Below, piece by piece: positions 1 to 6,300 of a DNA stretch of 15,257 nucleotides. Positions within the stretch are counted from its first letter, which is position 1. Each line of letters starts with the position of its first letter. The DNA comes from Nitrospirota bacterium (GTDB lineage Bacteria > Nitrospirota > UBA9217). Made by a program: the position numbers and the translations under genes. The notes under the pieces were generated by a model. That model was not told the origin of the DNA and did no database searches. It saw only the letters and a list, made by a program, of their open reading frames with translations. Location of the stretch: the NCBI GenBank assembly GCA_029858565.1, contig JAOUEV010000074.1, positions 1-15,257 of the forward strand. Direction: 5' to 3'.

Positions 1-493
1 GCAACGGCGGCGGCTCGGCACTGAAAGGCCCGTTGGTCGTACTGGACGTGCTGTAGACCGTGGGAGCCACGGTCACGGTCTGGGCGCTCGCCACGGTTGG
101 CGCGTACTGCAGCAGCTCGAGCACGGCCACGGTCCTGCGCAGGGTGGTGGTGACCGAGGATATATTGGTGGACACCGTCACCGGCACTGTTGAGGACGCG
201 GAGGTATAGGTCAGGGTGGCGGTATTGTCGATCACGGTCCCCGCAGGCGTAAGCGCCCACAGGGGTGAAGCACAGGAAAGGATGATAAGGATGAATGCCG
301 ATAGAATAGCGAATGAGATGCCCGTTCCCGGCAGGTTCCGGAAAAGAGCTGCCGCGGAGGCCGGCACAAGAGCCGGGCCTCCGCAGCCGATCATATGTTC
401 CCCCGCGATCGGGCGCACCGCGGCCGTTGTTCCGGTGAACACACCGGAAGGAGCGCGCCGCGGCGCTTCTGATATGCGGGATTGCTGCGTCAT
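1..493 (-). CDS. Secreted DUF11-operon protein, N-terminal part only (runs off window); candidate large anchor/assembly protein
   Basis: Not in the ORF track. Manual translation from ATG 493 (10 nt after the upstream stop) stays open to base 1: MTQQSRISEAPRR...GISFAILSAFILIILSCASPLWA|LTPAGTVIDNTATLTYTSASSTVPVTVSTNISSVTTTLRRTVAVLELLQYAP... It has a hydrophobic signal peptide followed by the TPAGTxIxNTAxxxY motif shared with the upstream paralogues. An alternative in-frame start is ATG 394, preceded by GGGGGAA. Confidence 0.85.
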   Translation of the reverse strand, partial: MTQQSRISEAPRRAPSGVFTGTTAAVRPIAGEHMIGCGGPALVPASAAALFRNLPGTGISFAILSAFILIILSCASPLWALTPAGTVIDNTATLTYTSASSTVPVTVSTNISSVTTTLRRTVAVLELLQYAPTVASAQTVTVAPTVYSTSSTTNGPFSAEPPPL

Positions 494-503
494 ACTGTGT
501 TCT

Positions 504-1652
504 CTACTGGATGATCACCTTGAACTTGATCTCGCAGTAATCGCCGTTCTCGTCGAGCGCAAAGGCGCCGCAGGAGACCTGGACGGTCGCGCCCGCCGTT
601 GTTGCCCAGGATTGCAGGTCCGCATCGCCGCTCGCCAGGTTCGTGGTGGTCGTCGTGGTCGTGCCGGCGTCATAGGTGATACGCTGCACCTCGGTGCTGC
701 CCGGGTAGGCGTCGGCCACCGGCGCGAGCGTGCCCGCCACGGTGTCCGTGATCACCACGCCGGTCGCCGAGGCGCCGCCGCTGTTCCTGCTCACCCGGAT
801 CGTGTACTCAACGGTCGAGCCGGGAATCGCGGCCGAACCGCCGAACAGGTCCACCGGCGTGCCGCTGGACTTCGAGACAAGCAGGCCCACGGTCTGGACA
901 AGGAAGGCGCTCTTGGACAGTGCCGCGCCGTCGCGGTCGCCGTCATTGGTCTCGGCGCCGTCAGTGTCGATGTCCGCGTTCACGATGTCCACGCCCGAGC
1001 ACACCGTGGCGCCGGCGGCGTTGAACACATCGCCGGTGCCTGACGAGCCCGAGACGAGCGCGGACCCGTCGGTATTGATCGTCAGGGCATGGAGCCCGTA
1101 GACCGCGAAGTCATTGTTCGCCTGGGTCAGGGCGATGGGGTTCGCCCGGATCTGGACCGTGGCCGTCGCGTCGGAAACAAGACTGTCGATCTGGCTGGTC
1201 AGTGAATAACCGCTGCCGGTATCGACGTAGACCTGGTAGGCCGTCGCGTCAAAGTTATCCGAAGCGGTGTAGGGCGAGAAGGGACTGGTCGTGGACCCCG
1301 TGCTGTAGACCACGGCCGAGAGCGTGTACCGCTGGGTCGCGTTGCCGTCGTTCCTGACCCGGTAGGTCAGGGCCGCGCTCGTGCCCGATGCGCCGGGCGC
1401 CACGGTGACCGGTGCCGAATCAGAGGTCGAGACCGTGAGGTTGACCTTGCTGCCGACCACAAAGGTCGCGGTCGTACCCGTTGACAGCGCGCTCTGCGTG
1501 ACGCTGCCGACCGAGTAGACCACGCTGGCCGTGTTGCCGATGGCCGTACAGGCCGAGGTCCCGGCGGCCATTGCGCCTTGCGGGGACATGAGCAGGACCG
1601 CTCCGATCAGGAGCAGTGCGGCCAGATACAGGTTGCTTCTATGCTTTTTCAT
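504..1652 (-). CDS. Secreted DUF11-domain protein (382 aa), putative major fimbrial subunit
   Basis: Start moved from 1739 to ATG 1652, which has the strong RBS AAGGAGG. Sec signal MKKHRSNLYLAALLLIGAVLLMSPQGAMA. Mature N-terminus AGTSACTAIGNTASVVY. Middle Ig-like domain (PGASG...LTYRVRNDGN). C-terminal DUF11-like domain LLVSKS...IPGSTVEYTIRV...VITDTV ending FKVIIQ. Confidence 0.88.
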   Translation of the reverse strand: MKKHRSNLYLAALLLIGAVLLMSPQGAMAAGTSACTAIGNTASVVYSVGSVTQSALSTGTTATFVVGSKVNLTVSTSDSAPVTVAPGASGTSAALTYRVRNDGNATQRYTLSAVVYSTGSTTSPFSPYTASDNFDATAYQVYVDTGSGYSLTSQIDSLVSDATATVQIRANPIALTQANNDFAVYGLHALTINTDGSALVSGSSGTGDVFNAAGATVCSGVDIVNADIDTDGAETNDGDRDGAALSKSAFLVQTVGLLVSKSSGTPVDLFGGSAAIPGSTVEYTIRVSRNSGGASATGVVITDTVAGTLAPVADAYPGSTEVQRITYDAGTTTTTTTNLASGDADLQSWATTAGATVQVSCGAFALDENGDYCEIKFKVIIQ

Positions 1653-1732
1653 TGTGTCCTCCTTGCTGCTGATATCATTTCGTGTATGTCGGTTGTAACC
1701 CTTGAGAACGACTGCGTTGTTCCGTGATCTGC

Positions 1733-1746
1733 GGATCACCTCCTTA
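1733..1746 (-). promoter_or_regulatory. 14-nt extended Shine-Dalgarno-like element (TAAGGAGGTGATCC) without a properly spaced start codon
   Basis: The plus strand reads GGATCACCTCCTTA, the canonical 16S rRNA 3' tail, so the mRNA is perfectly complementary to it. It lies about 80 nt upstream of ATG 1652 and overlaps the hairpin GTGATC-CGCA-GATCAC. Confidence 0.6.
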
Positions 1747-1844
1747 TGATCATGTGATGTATTCCATAACTTGCCCCCTTTCGGTCATTCTTCAGAAAGT
1801 CTGTATTCCTGACCCGGATTCCCCGGGTGGTGTCATCGAGCCTG

Positions 1845-2339
1845 CTACTTCACTTTTGCCCTGAACGATACGCTGCCCTTCCCCCCCGGCTGCAGGGGCT
1901 TTGTCAGCGTCCATTTGATATGGGTGTAGTCCGCAGCCAGGGCAGGCCTCGTCTTGCCCGGGCCCACGGTCACGATCAGCTTTTCCGGCGCGCTGTAGGT
2001 CTTTCCGCCGTCGATGGAGAACTCGATCCGCGTACCCGCTCCCTCGGCGCTCCGGTCCACATAGACCATATGCTCGGGCACCGGGTTCGTGATCGCCACG
2101 TTCTCCGCGGGCTTCTTGACATTGCTGCTGTACGACGTGGTGAAGATGACCATATCGCCGGGCGTCACGTTCGCCCGTGCCGCCTCGACGCGCTTCATCT
2201 CTTTCTCGCCCTTCGCGTTCGTCGTGGTGACCTCCACCTGCGACAGGGTCCTGAGATCGATCGCCGCCTTCTGCTGGGCTCCTGCCAATGCGGGAACGAG
2301 CAGACCTGCCGTTACTGCCATTGCGAGAATCCTGTTCAT
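1845..2339 (-). CDS. Small secreted single-domain DUF11-like protein (164 aa), candidate chaperone/cap
   Basis: RBS AAGGAGGAAGGAACC-ATG. Signal peptide MNRILAMAVTAGLLVPALAGA. DUF11-like core VTPGDMVIFTTSY...NVAITNPVPEHMVYV...FSIDGG...HIKWTL...LQPGGKGSVSFRAKVK. Basic, Lys-rich composition, unlike the Thr/Ala/Gly-rich neighbours. Confidence 0.88.
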   Translation of the reverse strand: MNRILAMAVTAGLLVPALAGAQQKAAIDLRTLSQVEVTTTNAKGEKEMKRVEAARANVTPGDMVIFTTSYSSNVKKPAENVAITNPVPEHMVYVDRSAEGAGTRIEFSIDGGKTYSAPEKLIVTVGPGKTRPALAADYTHIKWTLTKPLQPGGKGSVSFRAKVK

Positions 2340-2357
2340 GGTTCCTTCCTCCTTTTG

Positions 2358-3374
2358 TCACTGGATCATCACATCGAACTGGACGGCCTGGGCCGGAGCA
2401 CCGGCCGCAAGGCTGCCCAGATTCACGGTCACGGTGTTCGCGGCGGAAACGTTCACGTCCCCTGCATCTGCGTCCACAACGTCGGTCAGCGCAGCGCTGT
2501 TCAGCCGGAGACTGCCGGGAATGTAGGTCGTATTGGCGGGCAGGGCGTCGCGGAATACCAGGCCGTCCGCGGTCCCGGTGCCGTTCACGGTAACGGTGAT
2601 CACGTACCGCAGCGTGGCCCCGGGGATCGGCAGGCTGCCGCCGTACTGGTCGATGACCGTCACGGACTTGACCGCGGACAGCGCGGTGTTCGAGATCACG
2701 TAAGTCCCGATGGCGTTCGCGGTCCCGCCGCCCGCGCCGATCACCGCATCGGCTCCGCCGGTGCCGCCGCCCGCGATGACCGTGCCGGCAGCGCCGGTGC
2801 CGGTCCTGGACGTGGCTGTGAGCCGCGTATTGCCCTTGTCCCCGTCCGCGAGGCCGGCGGCGGGCATGCTGTTCATCACGAATACCCGGATCGATCCGTC
2901 CGCTGCCAGCGCGGGATCGTTCGTTCCGGGTACATAGAGCGAGTCGGTCCCGTCGCTGTAGATACCGTCGCCGTTGGCGTCAAGGTAGAGCTGGCCCAGG
3001 GTCGGATCGAACTGGTCCCCCCCAAGGGCAGCCGACAATCCGGCGAGGCCAAAGGCTTCGGTCCCGTTTCCGGTGTTCGTGAGCCGGAAGGTGGTGATGC
3101 GGTTCGTGTCGCCGGGTGCGGCCTGCACGCCCGGCGCCACATCGAGCCAGGTCACGGTGCAGGAGATCAGCTCCGCCACCCGGAGCGTGGTCGTGTTGCT
3201 CGACGTGATCTGCGGAATGCCGCCCAGCGAGTAGCTGGCTGAGGCCTGGTTCGCGATGCTCGTGTTCGCCGCCGTGCCCGCGCCATGGGATGCACTGGCC
3301 GCGAGCAGGACCAGGAGGCCGGCCGCGAGGGCTGATCCTGACAGGGTGCGCGTTATGCGATGCAGTGTCTTCAA
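2358..3374 (-). CDS. Secreted DUF11-domain protein (~338 aa), putative minor/adaptor subunit, paralogue of 504..1652
   Basis: Likely start is TTG 3374, overlapping the upstream TGA (TTGA coupling), rather than 3446. Signal peptide ends ...AASASHG, then AGTAANTSIANQASASY. Middle domain PGDTNRITTFRLTNTGNG with a DANGDG Ca-binding-like loop. C-terminal domain LSAVKS...IPGATLRYVITV...FRDALP ending FDVMIQ. Confidence 0.87.
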   Translation of the reverse strand: MKTLHRITRTLSGSALAAGLLVLLAASASHGAGTAANTSIANQASASYSLGGIPQITSSNTTTLRVAELISCTVTWLDVAPGVQAAPGDTNRITTFRLTNTGNGTEAFGLAGLSAALGGDQFDPTLGQLYLDANGDGIYSDGTDSLYVPGTNDPALAADGSIRVFVMNSMPAAGLADGDKGNTRLTATSRTGTGAAGTVIAGGGTGGADAVIGAGGGTANAIGTYVISNTALSAVKSVTVIDQYGGSLPIPGATLRYVITVTVNGTGTADGLVFRDALPANTTYIPGSLRLNSAALTDVVDADAGDVNVSAANTVTVNLGSLAAGAPAQAVQFDVMIQ

Positions 3375-6300
3375 TTCACTCTCACCCGGAAGAAGATCGT
3401 GAAGTTTGCGTTGCTCCCCTGGAAGCTGCTTTTGGGATTCACGCACAGACCCTTCACGTTCGCGTCATAGACGCCTGAAGGCGCATAGGTATAGTTGCTG
3501 CAGCCGGCGCCGGGCGAGGCCGGGACCGGCGACTGGTCGGTGTACTTCACATCCGTGGCATAGGAGAAGGTCAATCCGCAGGGCGGAGCTCCGCTGCAGG
3601 AGAACGCCACCGGGTCGCCGCTGGAGGTGTCGACATACATGGTCACGTTCGCGGGTATCGCGTCGGTCACGAGCGTGGCGCCATCGTCCACATAGCCCGC
3701 CCCGGTATTCGTCACGATGATCGCGTACTGCATGATCGAGCCGGGGATAATGGCGCTGCCGCCGAAGGGGTCGGACACGACCGATGCGGACTTCACGATC
3801 GTGAGGCTCGGCAGGGCCCGCACGGTCACCGTATCGGAGCAGTCATTGTTCGTCTCATCGATCTCCGCGAGGACCGCGCCCGGATCAGCGCGGCAGACGC
3901 CGCCCGTGGGATTGGCGAGCGTGCCTGATGTGGTGGAAGTGACCGAGACCGGGATGCTGAAGGAGCCGCCCGGCGGAAGCGTGACCGCGCCGCTCGCCGT
4001 GCAGGAAAGCGCGCTGGCAAGGAGCGAGCAGGAGACCGCGCCCACGGTCCCGCCCGCGGTCGTTGCCGCTGCCGGGGCAGTATAGGTAGCGCCGCTGACC
4101 GGCATATTGTCGGTCAGGAGCGTCTGTCCGCTCGTGAACGTCGCCGTTCCGGCCGTGGCGGGATTGCTGACCGTCACCGTCCAGGTGAAGGTGGCTCCCG
4201 GCGTGGTGATCCCGCCCACGTTGTTCGTTTTTGCCGCTGTCAGGTCCGGCGCGAGCAGGACCGTCCTGCCGGCCGCGGGCGCGGCCGCTGCGGGAATGCC
4301 GCTCGCGGCCGTGGTCGAGGCTGTGGCGGAGTTTCTCACGAGCTTTGCCGTCACGTCCGCAACGGTCACGATATAAGTAGATGTACAGGTTACTGATTCG
4401 CCGGGGTCCAGGTAGTTATCGAAGTCGCCGACCGTACTGACCGCGGGACAGGTGACGGTCACTGCCGCAGTGGGAGTTGAGCTCGTCACCACGTCAGAGA
4501 CCGTCACCGGACCGGCAAGGACCGCGGAACCGCTATTGGTCACGGTGTAGCTGTAGTGCAGAGTGTCCGTGGCCTTGGTAAAGAGCGTTTCCGTGGAGGT
4601 CTTGGCGAGGGTCAGACCGGTCGTCGCGTACATGGCCCAGTCGCTGTCCGTATAGTGTATCGTGTTATATATGCCGTCGGCAGACGCGTTGTTCAGGTAG
4701 GTCCCTGTCGCGGCGCTGACCGGCCCGAGCACGCAGGTGGCGGAATCGCGGTTGTTCGCATTGTTCGCCACATCGAGCGTGAAGGTCGGCGTGCTGATCA
4801 GGTTCCCCGCGGTCCGGTCGGTAAAGTCATATCCGTAGTACCACTGGCAACCCGCCATGGTGAGCGGCGAGGGAAGATCAGCGTCCGTTACGGTCACTTC
4901 GGTAAGGGGCACGTCGCCGAAGTTCTGGACCGTGAACTGGTAGTAGACGGGATCGCCGGTGTTCACCACCAGGTAGTACCGCCAGAGCGTGGACGCAAGG
5001 TCCGTGGTCGCGACCTCCTTGAACAGCGCGATCGACGGATGCGCCTCGCTCACGGTCAGCGTGTCCGCAGCCCGGTTCGTGCCCCCGGCGACCGTGGCGG
5101 TCACCGCGCTCGTGACGTTCCGGTACGTCCCGATGTAGATGTTCTCGCCCACGGAGAGATCAGTGACAAAATCAGTGCCGTACCCGGTCACCGTGGCGCT
5201 GCCGTTGGTCACCGAGACCGTGCCGGTGACGGCGCTTGTCACGTTCTTGGAGATGGTCAGGTTCGTTGCCGTGCTGCCCGTATAGACCGATGCGAGCGTC
5301 AGCGACGTGGCGGTCCTTGACTGGACCGTGGCAGGCTGGGACTGGACCGGGGCGGTGACGTTCACGGTCACGGCGCAGGTGCCGCCTGCCGGGATCGTAC
5401 CGTTGGAGAAACTGACCGATCCGGCGCCCGCAGCAGGCGCGAAGGTCGGCGCGCCGCAGTTCGAGGTAGAGGCGCCTGGCGTACCCGCAACGACCATGGC
5501 TCCCGGAGTTGTCGGGAAAGTGTCGGTGAACGCCACGTTGCTCAGCACGTCGTTCTGGTTGGGATTCGTGACCAGGAACGTGATCTGCGAGACGCCGTTC
5601 GTCAGGATCGGGTTCGGACCGAACTGCTTCGATATCACCGGCGGCAGAAGCGCGGTCAGTGTGGCCTTGGCGGCGCCGTCAGCGCTCGCGTTCGTACCGG
5701 TCTGGGTTGAATAGATGAGACCGCTGACGTTCTGATGGGGGCCCGCTGCCGTCGCGGTTATCGTTGCAGTGATCGTGCAGGAGGCTCCGCCGGCAAGCGC
5801 TCCGTTGGTAAAGGAGATAATATCCGGCGCGGTCTTGGCAAGGGTCCCGCCGCACTGCGTGGAGGATCCGGTGGTGACGGTCAATCCCGAGACCAGGGTG
5901 TCGCTGAACCGGATACCGCTCAGCGGTATGTTGGCATTGGGGTTTGTCACCGTGAAGGTCAACGTGGACGCGCCGTTGACGCCAACAGGATTAGGCGCAA
6001 AGGCCTTTGTGATCGTGGGCGGTTTTGGCACGGCGCAGCCGGTGATGGTAATGTCATCCAGATTCATCGTACCGTTGTCATTCGTCGATCCGGCGGCGCC
6101 GATCCTGAAGGTCATGGTCGCGGCCGTGCCGGTAGACGCCGATGCAAAGGTCTGTGTCGTGGTCCAGGTCGTCTTGAGCAACACCCCCATCGACGGCGTT
6201 GTGGCGGTATACGGTCCGCCGTTGGCGCTCGTCCAGAGGAAGATTGCGTTGCTCGCTCCCCAGCTTGCCGACGCATAGTCATTAAGGGTTATGGAAACAT

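Noticed and set aside
1730-1746. 16S rRNA gene fragment
   Set aside because: Only the terminal 14 nt match; the flanks are not rRNA-like. Better read as an SD-like element on the opposite strand.
1653-1844. c-di-GMP/c-AMP-GMP (GEMM) riboswitch in the leader
   Set aside because: CCGAAAGG and GGCAAG fragments are present, but the GGCAAA...GGGACGCAAA two-stem consensus is missing.
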